Shown one piece after another: positions 21,057 through 31,868 of a DNA stretch of 64,000 bases (position 1 is its first letter; the number at the start of each line of letters is the position of its first letter). A program made the translations under genes and the position numbers. The notes under the pieces were generated by a model. That model was not told the DNA's origin and searched no databases. It saw only the letters and a list, made by a program, of their open reading frames with translations. Location of the stretch: contig CP070634.1 of assembly GCA_020356105.1 (NCBI GenBank), positions 3,242,465 through 3,306,464 on the forward strand, given 5' to 3'. The stretch comes from Rhodospirillales bacterium (lineage in GTDB: Bacteria > Pseudomonadota > Alphaproteobacteria > UBA8366 > JADFVY01).

Positions 21057-22561
21057 CCCCGGGATTTGAAGCCTATGCCCGCCTCGAAGAGGCGTTCCGG
21101 CGGCACGCGCTGATCGAGGAGACGATCGGTGTGCTGCACTGGGACATGGCCGTGATGATGCCGCCGGGCGGAGCCCGGGCGCGCGCCGAACAGATCGCCG
21201 ATCTTCGGGTCTTGGCCCACGATATGCTGACCCATGAGCGGTTGGCAGAGGACCTTGCGGCGGCCGAATCGGACGCGACGGGCCTGGACTCGTGGCAGGC
21301 CGCAAATCTGCGCGAGATGTGGCGAATCTGGCATCACGCCAACGCCCTCCCATCGGACCTGGTTGCTGCGCGGTCACGGGCGACTTCCGAATGCGAGACG
21401 GTCTGGCGCACGGCCCGGCCGAGGTCGGATTTTCGTGCGCTGCGGCCCAGCCTGGAAGAAGTGGTGCGCCTGACGCGCGAGGCGGGGGTGGCCAAATCGG
21501 AGGCATTCGGCCGGCCCCTGTACGACGCGCTGATGGACGAATACGAGCCGGATGCTGACGCCCGGCGGGTGATCGTCATGCTCGAGGATTATGCCGCCTT
21601 CTTGCCGGCGTTCCTCGACGAGGTTCTGGCGACCCAGGCTCGCAGATGCGTGCCGGCGGAGCCTCCCGGGCCATTCTCCGTCGCCGATCAAAAACGGCTC
21701 TGTCGGCTTATGGCCGAAACGGTCGGCCTGGATTTCGACAGCGCCCGCATGGATGAGAGCCTGCATCCCTTTTCGACCGGCATCGCCGACGACAGCCGGA
21801 TCACCACCCGGTACAACAAGGCCGATTATTCCGAGGCCCTGATGGGCGTGCTGCACGAATCGGGTCACGCGATGTATGAGCGGGGTCTGCCGCGCGACTG
21901 GCACCGGCAGCCGGTTGGGGACGCACGCGGCATGACATTGCACGAGAGCCAGTCGCTGCTGATCGAGATGCAGATCTGCCGCTCGCGCCGCTTTTTCGAA
22001 TGGGCGGCGCCGGTCATCGCCAAGGCATTTCGGGCGAGTGGTCCTGCCTGGACACCGGACAACCTGTATCGACTCGCCACGCGTGTGCGTCCGGGCTTCA
22101 TTCGGGTCGATGCTGACGAAGTCACCTATCCCGCCCATATCGTGCTGCGCACGCGGCTGGAGATGGCCCTCATGGCGGGTGATCTCGTCGTGGCGGACCT
22201 TCCTGGCGCCTGGCGCGACGGTCTGACCGAGCTGCTGGATATAACACCGCCGGACGATCGGCTCGGCTGCATGCAGGACGTCCACTGGCCGGATGGCAAT
22301 TTCGGTTATTTCCCGACCTATACGCTCGGCGCGATGGCGGCAGCTCAGCTGGCGGCGGCGGCGCGCACGGCCGAGCCCGGGATTATGTCCGCGATCGGTC
22401 GCGGAGACTTCACGCCCCTGATGCGCTGGCTGCGCAGCCATGTCCACGGCAAGGGATCGCTGCTGTCGACGGACGAGTTGCTGTGCGAGGCCACGGGGTC
22501 ACCGCTCGACGCGGCCGTCTTCAAGGCGCATCTGCGTGACCGTTATCTCGAAGCGGCCTGA
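21053..22561 (+). CDS. M32 carboxypeptidase (Taq-type)
   Basis: HESGHAMYE (HEXXH), LHPFSTGI and DEYEP motifs. The TTG start overlaps the SURF1 stop (TTGA). Confidence 0.88.
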   Translation: MTPGFEAYARLEEAFRRHALIEETIGVLHWDMAVMMPPGGARARAEQIADLRVLAHDMLTHERLAEDLAAAESDATGLDSWQAANLREMWRIWHHANALPSDLVAARSRATSECETVWRTARPRSDFRALRPSLEEVVRLTREAGVAKSEAFGRPLYDALMDEYEPDADARRVIVMLEDYAAFLPAFLDEVLATQARRCVPAEPPGPFSVADQKRLCRLMAETVGLDFDSARMDESLHPFSTGIADDSRITTRYNKADYSEALMGVLHESGHAMYERGLPRDWHRQPVGDARGMTLHESQSLLIEMQICRSRRFFEWAAPVIAKAFRASGPAWTPDNLYRLATRVRPGFIRVDADEVTYPAHIVLRTRLEMALMAGDLVVADLPGAWRDGLTELLDITPPDDRLGCMQDVHWPDGNFGYFPTYTLGAMAAAQLAAAARTAEPGIMSAIGRGDFTPLMRWLRSHVHGKGSLLSTDELLCEATGSPLDAAVFKAHLRDRYLEAA

Positions 22562-22625
22562 CCCACCTTGCTTGACGCCAGCGGCGCCGCTAGTTTGAGC
22601 GCTCGATTTGAAGCGGGTCGCGAAA

Positions 22626-24032
22626 TTGCGTTACATCAGCACCCGGGGAGAAGCCCCGATTCTCGAGTTCGATGAGGTCCTGCTGGCCGGCTTGGCGGCG
22701 GATGGCGGTCTCTATGTGCCGGAGAGCTGGCCGCGCTTCGACGCCGACGATTTTCGGGCCTTGCGCGGCCTGTCATACGCCGAAACCGCGACTCGCGTGA
22801 TGGCGCCGTTCATCGGCGGACGCATCGAGCAGCCCGTTTTCGAGCGGCTCGTGCGCGATGCCTATGACAGCTTCGATCACCCGGCGGTGACGCCGCTGCG
22901 GCAACTTGACGCCAATCTGTGGCTGCTCGAGTTGTTTCACGGGCCGACCCTGGCCTTCAAGGATTTGGCGCTGCAATTCCTCGGTCGCCTGTTCGACCAT
23001 GTGTTGACCCGCCGCGGTGAACGCGTGACGATCGTCGGCGCGACATCGGGCGATACGGGCTCCGCTGCGATCGAGGCGTGTCGGGACCGCGAGGCGATCG
23101 AGATTTTCATTTTGCATCCGCACGGTCGCGTGTCGGAGGTGCAGCGCCGACAAATGACCACCGTGACGGCGCGCAATGTCCACAATATCGCGATCAAGGG
23201 CTCGTTCGACGACTGCCAGGATCTGGTCAAGGCGATGTTTGCCGACCGTGGATTCCGGGACGAGTTGCGGCTGAGCGCCGTGAATTCCATCAATTGGGCG
23301 CGAATCATGGCCCAGATCGTCTATTACGTGCAGGCTGCGGTGGCGCTGGGTGCGCCGGACCGGCCGGTCGGATTCGCCGTGCCGACGGGCAATTTCGGCA
23401 ATGTCTACGCGGGCTATGCGGCGCGGCAAATGGGGCTACCGATCGCGCAGCTGACCATCGGGTCGAACCGCAACGATATCCTGACCCGGTTCATGGAGAC
23501 CGGGGTGATGGAGATGCGCGCGGTGGAGCCGTCGCTCTCGCCGAGCATGGACATCCAGGTTTCGAGCAATTTCGAGCGGCTGCTGTTCGACGTCTGCGAT
23601 CGCGAGGGCCGTGCGGTGATGGACACGATGGTGGCATTTCGCCGGACCGGAAAGCTCGAGGTACCGCAAGGCGGAATGAAAACGATTCGCGCTCTGTTCG
23701 ACGGGTACCGCATGGACGACGCGCAGACATTAGACGCGATCGCCGCCGAACACCGCGCCCATGGCCAGCTCCTCGATCCGCATACCGTGATCGGCGTCGG
23801 CGCCGCCCGGGCGAGACACCGTTACCCGGCGACGCCGGCCGTGGCACTGGCGACAGCGCATCCGGCCAAGTTTCCCGATGCGGTGGAACGGGCCGCCGGA
23901 ATTCGCCCGGCCCTACCGCCGAGACTTGCCGAGCTGATGCACCGCGAGGAGCGATACGCGGTGCTGCCGAACGACATCGGTGCGGTCAAGGCGCATGTCA
24001 GGTCGGGCGCGACGACGGAGCGGATGCAGTGA
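22626..24032 (+). CDS. thrC: Threonine synthase
   Basis: (M)RYISTRGEAP… N-terminus and the PLP-lysine context FHGPTLAFKDLALQ. The start is probably TTG 22626 (the track starts at 22608). Confidence 0.93.
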   Translation: MRYISTRGEAPILEFDEVLLAGLAADGGLYVPESWPRFDADDFRALRGLSYAETATRVMAPFIGGRIEQPVFERLVRDAYDSFDHPAVTPLRQLDANLWLLELFHGPTLAFKDLALQFLGRLFDHVLTRRGERVTIVGATSGDTGSAAIEACRDREAIEIFILHPHGRVSEVQRRQMTTVTARNVHNIAIKGSFDDCQDLVKAMFADRGFRDELRLSAVNSINWARIMAQIVYYVQAAVALGAPDRPVGFAVPTGNFGNVYAGYAARQMGLPIAQLTIGSNRNDILTRFMETGVMEMRAVEPSLSPSMDIQVSSNFERLLFDVCDREGRAVMDTMVAFRRTGKLEVPQGGMKTIRALFDGYRMDDAQTLDAIAAEHRAHGQLLDPHTVIGVGAARARHRYPATPAVALATAHPAKFPDAVERAAGIRPALPPRLAELMHREERYAVLPNDIGAVKAHVRSGATTERMQ

Positions 24033-25288
24033 GCGCGCGGCTGACGCGGCTGGACAATGGGCTGCGGGTTGTCAGCCATACCATGGACTCCGTCGAGACG
24101 ATCTCGGTCGGGATGTTCGTCGACGCCGGCACGCGCAACGAGCCTGCCGAGATCAACGGCGTTGCCCATTTACTCGAGCATATGGCGTTCAAGGGGACGA
24201 AACGCCGGTCGGCGCTTGACATTGCGGCCGAGATCGAAGCCGTCGGCGGCCATCTGAATGCCTACACGACGCGCGAGCGGACGGCCTATTATGCGAAGGT
24301 CCTGAAAGAGGATTTGCCCCTCGCGGTCGACATCCTCGCCGACATCCTGCAGCATTCGACCTTCGATACAGAGGAGCTGGCGCGCGAGCGCAGCGTCGTC
24401 CTTCAGGAAATCGGCCAGGCGCACGATACGCCTGACGACGTCGTCTTCGATCATTTCCAGTCGATCGCCTATCCGGACCAGCCGTTGGGCCGCCCGGTGC
24501 TCGGCGATGCGGAGCGTGTCCGAAAAATGTCGCGAGAAGCGATCGTCGGCTATATGCGGGACGCCTATGGCAGCGGCGGCATGGTGCTCTCCGCCGCCGG
24601 GATGATCGAGCACGAACATCTGGTGGCGCTCGCCAGATCCCTATTTCTCGATCTTCCCGATCACGGTCCGCTGCGCAACGAGACGGCCGCTTACGGCGGT
24701 GGCGCCCACCTGCAGCAAAGGGATCTGGAGCAGGTCCATCTGACCGTCGGATTCCCTGGCGTTGGTCTGCACGATCCTGATCTTTACGCCGCAGCCGTGT
24801 TTTCAACCCTGTTCGGCGGCGGCATGTCGTCGCGGCTGTTCCAGGAAATTCGGGAGCGCCGCGGTCTGGTCTATTCGATCTACAGCTACGGGTCGCATTA
24901 TTCCGATTGCGGTCTGTTCGGCATTTACGCTGGCACCGGAGAACACGAGCTGGGCGAACTGCTGCCCGTCCTGTGCGAGGAAATTCGGCGGCTGCCTGAC
25001 AGCCTCGAGGAGTCAGAGATCGAACGGGCACGTAATCAGCTCAAGGCCGCAACCTTGATGTCGCTAGAATCGACGGGTGCTCGGGCAGAACAGATCGGCG
25101 AACAGGTGCTGATCTATGGCCGGCCGATACCCGTATCGGAAATCGTCCGGCGGATCGAGGCGGTCGATTCGACTGCGGTTACCCGTGTCGCGCGGCGCAT
25201 TTTCAGCGGTCGTCCGGCGCTGGCCGCGATTGGCCCGTTGCGCAGGATGATCGCCTATGACGATTTTACGGCACAGGTCACGACCTGA
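24029..25288 (+). CDS. M16-family zinc peptidase (processing-peptidase-like)
   Basis: The GTG at 24029 overlaps the thrC stop (GTGA). HLLEHMAFKGT (HxxEH) motif. The track ORF 23078..25288 is this gene plus an out-of-frame read-through of thrC. Confidence 0.88.
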   Translation: MSARLTRLDNGLRVVSHTMDSVETISVGMFVDAGTRNEPAEINGVAHLLEHMAFKGTKRRSALDIAAEIEAVGGHLNAYTTRERTAYYAKVLKEDLPLAVDILADILQHSTFDTEELARERSVVLQEIGQAHDTPDDVVFDHFQSIAYPDQPLGRPVLGDAERVRKMSREAIVGYMRDAYGSGGMVLSAAGMIEHEHLVALARSLFLDLPDHGPLRNETAAYGGGAHLQQRDLEQVHLTVGFPGVGLHDPDLYAAAVFSTLFGGGMSSRLFQEIRERRGLVYSIYSYGSHYSDCGLFGIYAGTGEHELGELLPVLCEEIRRLPDSLEESEIERARNQLKAATLMSLESTGARAEQIGEQVLIYGRPIPVSEIVRRIEAVDSTAVTRVARRIFSGRPALAAIGPLRRMIAYDDFTAQVTT

Positions 25289-25318
25289 TGCCGGCTAGGC
25301 GGCGAGGGACAACGCGCG

Positions 25319-25912
25319 ATGTGGTGGCTGTTTCGTAACGCCTCGTCCGGCCTGGCGCTCACCGGTCCGCGGATCGTGCTGCGCCCGCCGCGGGCGCGCG
25401 ATGCCGATGCATGGGTGGCGCTGCGCCGCCAGAGTCGCGATTTTCTCAAACCGTGGGAACCGACCTGGCCGCCCGACGGTGCCTCGCGCGCCGCCTTCCG
25501 ACGGCGTCACGCCCAGATCCGAGACGAATGGCGGTCCAACACCGGATACGGCTTTCTGATCTTCGATCACGTGCAGGGAGTCCTGGTCGGCGGCATTACC
25601 CTGTCCAATATCCGGTACGGGGTGTCCCGGACGGCCAGCCTCGGCTACTGGACGGGAGCGCCGTTCGCGCGACAAGGCTACATGACAGAGGCGGTGGCCT
25701 GTATCCTCAACCATGCCTTCGGCCAACTCGACCTCCATCGCGTCGAGGCGGCCTGCCTGCCGCACAATGCCGCCAGCCGCGGCCTGCTTCTCAAATGCGG
25801 TTTCCGAGAGGAGGGGCTTGCGCGCGGTTATCTGAAGATCGATGGTCGCTGGCAGGACCATGCGCTGTTCGCCATCCTGCGCGAGGATGAGCGCCCTGGC
25901 GGCAGCCGATAG
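25319..25912 (+). CDS. GNAT N-acetyltransferase (RimJ/RimL-like)
   Basis: …ASLGYWTGAPFARQGYMTEAV…LHRVEAACLPHNAASRGLLLKCGFREEG… is a typical acetyltransferase core. Confidence 0.8.
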   Translation: MWWLFRNASSGLALTGPRIVLRPPRARDADAWVALRRQSRDFLKPWEPTWPPDGASRAAFRRRHAQIRDEWRSNTGYGFLIFDHVQGVLVGGITLSNIRYGVSRTASLGYWTGAPFARQGYMTEAVACILNHAFGQLDLHRVEAACLPHNAASRGLLLKCGFREEGLARGYLKIDGRWQDHALFAILREDERPGGSR

Positions 25913-25937
25913 GACGGGGCCGGATCGCGCGCGGTGG

Positions 25938-26513
25938 TCAGGCGTGGCCCGCCTCTCCGGACAGCAGTGAGAGATCGATCCCGAGCTTGGCCAGAGACTG
26001 CTCCCATTTGGTGTCGGGATGATCGCCGAACAGAAGGGATTCGTCAGCATTCACGTTGAGCCATGAATTCTGCTGTATCTCCCCGTCCAGCTGGCCCGCT
26101 CCCCATCCGGCGTAACCCAAAGCCAGCAACGCCCGGCGCGGACCCCGACCGTCGGCGATGTCCTTCAGGATATCGACGGTCGCGGTCAAGCTGACGGTCT
26201 CGTTGACCCGTATCGTACTGTTCTGGGCGTAGTCACTGGTGTGCAGGACGAATCCGCGACCGGACTCCACGGGTCCGCCGACATGGATGGGAATTCCCGC
26301 TTCTCCGCCGAGTGTTTCGATCCCCAGCTGATCGAGGAGATCGGGGAAGCTCAACTCGTCAGCGATCTGGTTGATCACCAGCCCCATCGCCCCTTCGGCG
26401 TTGTGCACACACAGATAGATGACCGACCTCTCGAACCGCGGGTCCTGCATGTTCGGCATCGCAATCAACAGCTGACCCGTCAGGTATCCTTGGGTGTCGT
26501 CCTGGTCGACCAA
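25938..26513 (-). CDS. YqgE/AlgH family protein (UPF0301)
   Basis: LLIAMPNMQDPRFERSVIYLCVHNAEGAMGLVIN…GGPV…GYAGWGAGQLDGE. The start is uncertain. TTG 26513 (GAGG SD) is preferred because the track start 26624 lies upstream of the predicted promoter. Confidence 0.8.
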   Translation of the reverse strand: MVDQDDTQGYLTGQLLIAMPNMQDPRFERSVIYLCVHNAEGAMGLVINQIADELSFPDLLDQLGIETLGGEAGIPIHVGGPVESGRGFVLHTSDYAQNSTIRVNETVSLTATVDILKDIADGRGPRRALLALGYAGWGAGQLDGEIQQNSWLNVNADESLLFGDHPDTKWEQSLAKLGIDLSLLSGEAGHA

Positions 26514-26601
26514 ATGCGCCTCACCACATTGCGGTCCCGGGCGGCGGAGCGTGTCTCCCGCGCCAGGGGCCGAAATTCCATTCTCTCGCACCCAATAAGA
26601 T

Positions 26602-26631
26602 ATTATGAGTGTGCGGTTAAACAAAGGTCAA
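26602..26631 (-). promoter_or_regulatory. Sigma70-like promoter TTGACC-N18-CATAAT reading toward yqgE
   Basis: The minus strand reads cTTGACCtttgtttaaccgcacactCATAATatc. This is the best -35/-10 match I saw in the window. Confidence 0.4.
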
Positions 26632-26688
26632 GCAAGGGTTTTTTGTCTACGAGCCGCTGTGGCGGGAAAATTGCGATAGAGTGTGCGG
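26607..26688 (+). repeat. 10-nt exact direct repeat GAGTGTGCGG (26607..26616 and 26679..26688)
   Basis: Both copies lie in the AT-richer divergent yqgE/Sel1 intergenic region, 72 bp apart. The first copy overlaps the spacer and -10 of the predicted promoter. Confidence 0.6.
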
Positions 26689-26720
26689 CAAGTTTTCGCG
26701 AGCACTGGGGGTGGATCGAC

Positions 26721-27497
26721 ATGAGGCAAGGAAAACGAAGGGCATCCGTCGCGTTGCTGCAATGCGCGGTGCTGCTTCTTGCCGGTTGTGCGGCGAGACC
26801 CGACCCGGCCGCAGTGTCGCCGAGCCGTCCCGATACGGTGCGCCCAGAGGCCGAAATCGCAGGCGAGGCGTTCCGCAAGGCGATCGCGCTGAGCCGTGAA
26901 GGCCGGTTCGTTGATGCCGTCCCGTGGTATCGGGCCGCTGCGGAACGCGGTCACGTCGATGCGCAGTTCATGCTTGGCACGATGTATCGAACGGGTCGTG
27001 GTGTCAGTCGAGACGACGCGGCGGCGGCGTACTGGTACCAGCAGGCATCGATTGCCGGCAACGCCTGGGCCCAGTTCAGCCTCGGCACCATGCATATCCG
27101 CGGTGAGGGGTTGCCGCCCAACCCGCATGAGGGTGTTCGGCTTTATCGACTGGCGGCGGCGCAGGGACACCGCGAGGCGCAGTACAATCTGGGCGTCCTT
27201 TATTACAACGGCGACGGTGTGGCGCGGGACTACGCCGAGGCCGAGGGCTGGTTTTCCAAGGCGGCCCGAAACGGTGATCCGGCCTCGCAATTCGCCCTGG
27301 GCCGGATGTATTCAACGCCGCACACCGGCGTGCGCCTCGATCGCGTGCGGGCGCATGCCTGGTACACTGTGGCCGCCGCCGCCGACTACCCGGGAGCTGC
27401 CGAAGCCGCCCGGGGCCTGGAACGCAAGATGAGCGCAGCCGAACGGGCTTCGTCACGCGCCACGGCACGCCGCTTCGCATCTGAGATCAACGATTAG
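26721..27497 (+). CDS. Sel1-repeat (SLR/TPR-like) lipoprotein
   Basis: MRQGKRRASVALLQCAVLLLAGC lipobox. Repeated Sel1 units follow (…AQFMLGTMYRTGRGVSRDDAAAAYWYQQA…, …AQYNLGVLYYNGDGVARDYAEAEGWFSKAA…). The track ORF start at 26241 is an antisense over-extension. Confidence 0.85.
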   Translation: MRQGKRRASVALLQCAVLLLAGCAARPDPAAVSPSRPDTVRPEAEIAGEAFRKAIALSREGRFVDAVPWYRAAAERGHVDAQFMLGTMYRTGRGVSRDDAAAAYWYQQASIAGNAWAQFSLGTMHIRGEGLPPNPHEGVRLYRLAAAQGHREAQYNLGVLYYNGDGVARDYAEAEGWFSKAARNGDPASQFALGRMYSTPHTGVRLDRVRAHAWYTVAAAADYPGAAEAARGLERKMSAAERASSRATARRFASEIND

Positions 27498-27614
27498 TCC
27501 GTCGGCGCACACAAGATTGTGAGGACAACCGACCCTCCGAACCCTATATACCCAACGAGCGCATCGTCGGGCCTGATCAACATTCCCGGCGGTCTTTTTG
27601 GTGCTATTGATAAA

Positions 27615-29792
27615 ATGATATTGATCCGACACAGATTTCTTCGATTGATACGTTCGATTGTCGCCGTTGTGGCGGTTTCCGCCAGCGGGGCTTCGGCCGC
27701 CTCGGATTCCGCCGTCAGCGCCTGGTATGAAACCGAACAGCTTGAAATGCGGCTGGTCTCCGCCGTCGCCGGCATGGGCGAGCTGGAAGAGATCCGTTTC
27801 GGTCTGCAGTTCCGCATGCAGCCGGGATGGAAGATCTACTGGCGCTCCCCCGGCACGGCAGGATTTCCTCCGGAAATCGACTGGTCGCAGTCAGCCAATC
27901 TATCGACGGTCGATGTGGCTTGGCCCGCGCCGGAGCGCTTCACGATCTTCGACCTCGACTCGCTCGGCTACAAGGACGAAGTCGTCCTGCCGCTGACCGT
28001 GCGGCCGGAGAGCCCGGGGGCGGCTTTGCGTCTGCGCGCCGAAGTCAATTATCTGACCTGCAAGGAATTGTGCGTTCCCGGCAACGGCATGCTGGCCCTG
28101 GACATCCCGTCGGGCCCGGCCGCAGCATCGCCGCATGCGGCGCTGATCGATCGCTTTCGCGCACAGGTGCCCGTGGATGCGGCAATCCTCGGCGTGACGG
28201 TCGAGCAGGCGGTGGTGAAGCCCGTCGCCGGCGAAGCCGTGTCGCTGCGCCTTGCGATCAGCTCGGAAACGGCATTCGCCCAGCCCGACATATTCGTAGA
28301 GGGGCCACTGACGGCTTTCTTCGAGGCGCCGAGTCTTCGCCTGTCGGATGACGGGCGCCGCGTCGTCGCGACCTTGAGAGGGTCGGGGGCCGCGCCTGCG
28401 GAAATGATTTCGCGCCCCCTCCTGGTCACGCTGTTGGACGGCGACCGGGCGGTCGAGCAGGCCATCGACGGCAGTCTTGTCGACGTGTTTCCGGCGGTGC
28501 CGCCCGGATACGGCGCTTCGGCGACCGGCGGCGGCATATCTCTCTGGGCGATTCTGGGGCTGGCGTTGCTCGGCGGCCTGATTCTCAACCTGATGCCCTG
28601 TGTCCTACCTGTTCTATCGCTCAAATTCCTCAGTGTACTGGGACATGGCGGGCGGGAAAAAACCGACGTCAGGTTGGGCTTCCTTGCGTCGGTTGCCGGC
28701 ATCATCACCAGCTTTCTCGTGCTGGCGGCGGCACTTGCCGCGATGAAGGCGGCCGGCGCTTCGGTCGGCTGGGGAATCCAGTTCCAGCAGCCCGTATTCC
28801 TTTCCATCATGGTGGTGGTGATCACCCTGTTCGCCTGCAATCTTTTCGGATTCTTCGAGATCCTGCTCCCGCAGCGCATCAGCAATCTGATCGCAGTGGA
28901 CACCGGGCCGCGGCACGAGCATCACCATTCTCTCGGCGGCCACTTTCTCACCGGCGCCTTCGCGACCCTGCTCGCGACCCCGTGTTCGGCGCCTTTCCTC
29001 GGCACCGCCGTCGGTTTCGCGTTGAGCCGCGGCATCGGGGAAATCTTTCTCGTTTTCGCTGCCCTCGGCCTGGGCCTGTCCGCCCCCTATCTGTTGGTTG
29101 CTGCGTTTCCGGGCATGGCGACGCAGCTGCCGCGACCGGGCGGCTGGATGGTCACAATGAAGCGGGTTCTCGGCCTGTTGCTGGTTGCGACCGGCGGCTG
29201 GCTGATCACCGTTATCGCCTCGGAAACCGGAACTGACACGGCCGTCGGGATCGCCGGGCTCGCGGCCGCGATCGGCATCGCGCTGTGGCTCCGCGGCCGG
29301 GAGGGGTCGCGCCTCGGCCGACATGCCGGGAAGGTCGCCGCGCTTCTTGCGGTCGCCATCATGGCGGCGCCGGTCATCGCGCCCTCCCACCGAACGGCCG
29401 ACGGCCAGCGAAGCCTTGACGATGCCGTCTGGCGGGTCTTCGATGAGGATGAAATCCGCCGCCTCGTCGCGGATGGGCAAACCGTGCTCGTCGATGTCAC
29501 GGCGGATTGGTGCATCACCTGCCAGGTCAACAAGGCCGCGGTACTTAAACGGGACCCGGTTGCATCTCTGCTCGAGAATGGCGAGATCGTGGCGATGCGG
29601 GCCGACTGGACCTTGCCCAGCCAGGAAATCGGAGACTACCTGGCGCAGTTTGGCCGCTACGGCATCCCGTTCAACGCCGTCTACGGCCCGAATGCGCCCG
29701 ACGGCGTCATGCTACCGGAAATTCTGCTGACCGAGAGCGTCCTGACCGCTATCAATCAGGCCCGCGGCGACGGGGGACTTGCATCGCAGTGA
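27615..29792 (+). CDS. DsbD-family membrane thiol:disulfide reductase with long N-terminal periplasmic domain (ScsB-like)
   Basis: The N-terminal domain carries YLTCKELCVPG. The TM core Cys are in LMPCVLPVLS and ATPCSAPFLG. The C-terminal thioredoxin-like domain has VDVTADWCITCQVN. About 330 aa precede the TM core. Confidence 0.85.
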   Translation: MILIRHRFLRLIRSIVAVVAVSASGASAASDSAVSAWYETEQLEMRLVSAVAGMGELEEIRFGLQFRMQPGWKIYWRSPGTAGFPPEIDWSQSANLSTVDVAWPAPERFTIFDLDSLGYKDEVVLPLTVRPESPGAALRLRAEVNYLTCKELCVPGNGMLALDIPSGPAAASPHAALIDRFRAQVPVDAAILGVTVEQAVVKPVAGEAVSLRLAISSETAFAQPDIFVEGPLTAFFEAPSLRLSDDGRRVVATLRGSGAAPAEMISRPLLVTLLDGDRAVEQAIDGSLVDVFPAVPPGYGASATGGGISLWAILGLALLGGLILNLMPCVLPVLSLKFLSVLGHGGREKTDVRLGFLASVAGIITSFLVLAAALAAMKAAGASVGWGIQFQQPVFLSIMVVVITLFACNLFGFFEILLPQRISNLIAVDTGPRHEHHHSLGGHFLTGAFATLLATPCSAPFLGTAVGFALSRGIGEIFLVFAALGLGLSAPYLLVAAFPGMATQLPRPGGWMVTMKRVLGLLLVATGGWLITVIASETGTDTAVGIAGLAAAIGIALWLRGREGSRLGRHAGKVAALLAVAIMAAPVIAPSHRTADGQRSLDDAVWRVFDEDEIRRLVADGQTVLVDVTADWCITCQVNKAAVLKRDPVASLLENGEIVAMRADWTLPSQEIGDYLAQFGRYGIPFNAVYGPNAPDGVMLPEILLTESVLTAINQARGDGGLASQ

Positions 29793-29922
29793 TCACTGGC
29801 GCTGGGCAGGGCTGGACAAAAGCGCCGGCGCAACTAAATTTGCGCGGCAGCGAAACAGTCTTTTGGCCGGCGCATCCTTGTGTCGCCGACATGATGTCTT
29901 GACAGAAATACAGGGGGCAGCA

Positions 29923-30405
29923 ATGACGATCAGCGTAGGCGATCCGATTCCGAGCGCGACACTCTTCCGCATGGGGGACAATGGTCCCGAGCCGGTTGAT
30001 ACGCGGGAATACTTCAGGGGCCGCAAGGTCATGCTGTTCGGATTGCCAGGTGCTTTCACGCCCACCTGTTCCGCCCAGCATGTGCCGGGATATCTCAAGC
30101 ACGCCGACGAATTCAGGGCGAAGGGAGTCGACGTCATCGCCTGCGTCTCGGTCAACGACGCCTTCGTCATGGGCGCGTGGGGCAAGGATCAGGGCGTCGG
30201 CGACAACATCGACATGCTGGCGGATGGCAGCGCCGAGCTGGCGAAAGCGATGGGTCTCGAACTCGATCTGTCCGAGCGGGGTTTCGGCTTGCGCTCGCAG
30301 CGCTTCGCAATGGTCGTCGAGGATGGTGTGGTCACCGCGCTGGCGGTCGAGGAAAAGCCCGGCCTCGACGTCTCGGCGGCTGAGAAGATGCTGGCGCAGG
30401 TCTGA
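29923..30405 (+). CDS. Peroxiredoxin, Prx5 subfamily (no signal peptide)
   Basis: MTISVGDPIPSATL…LFGLPGAFTPTCS peroxidatic Cys context. 160 aa. Confidence 0.9.
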   Translation: MTISVGDPIPSATLFRMGDNGPEPVDTREYFRGRKVMLFGLPGAFTPTCSAQHVPGYLKHADEFRAKGVDVIACVSVNDAFVMGAWGKDQGVGDNIDMLADGSAELAKAMGLELDLSERGFGLRSQRFAMVVEDGVVTALAVEEKPGLDVSAAEKMLAQV

Positions 30406-30455
30406 ACCTTTCACATCCAAGCCAATTGGCCTCGGCTGCGCGGCCGGGCGCCGGT

Positions 30456-31858
<1,403 letters not shown>

Positions 31859-31868
31859 GCCACCTCCT

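Noticed and set aside
19725-21506. 593-aa ORF antisense to the DUF983, SURF1 and M32 genes
   Set aside because: It spans three well-supported sense genes and their junctions. Its composition (R/P/A/S/G) is non-protein-like. It is a GC artefact.
23078-24028. N-terminal 317 aa of the 736-aa track ORF 23078..25288
   Set aside because: This part is an alternative frame of thrC. The real M16 peptidase starts at the GTG at 24029, overlapping the thrC stop.
26241-26720. 5' extension of the Sel1 lipoprotein ORF (track start 26241)
   Set aside because: It runs antisense through yqgE. The lipoprotein signal peptide begins at the ATG at 26721.
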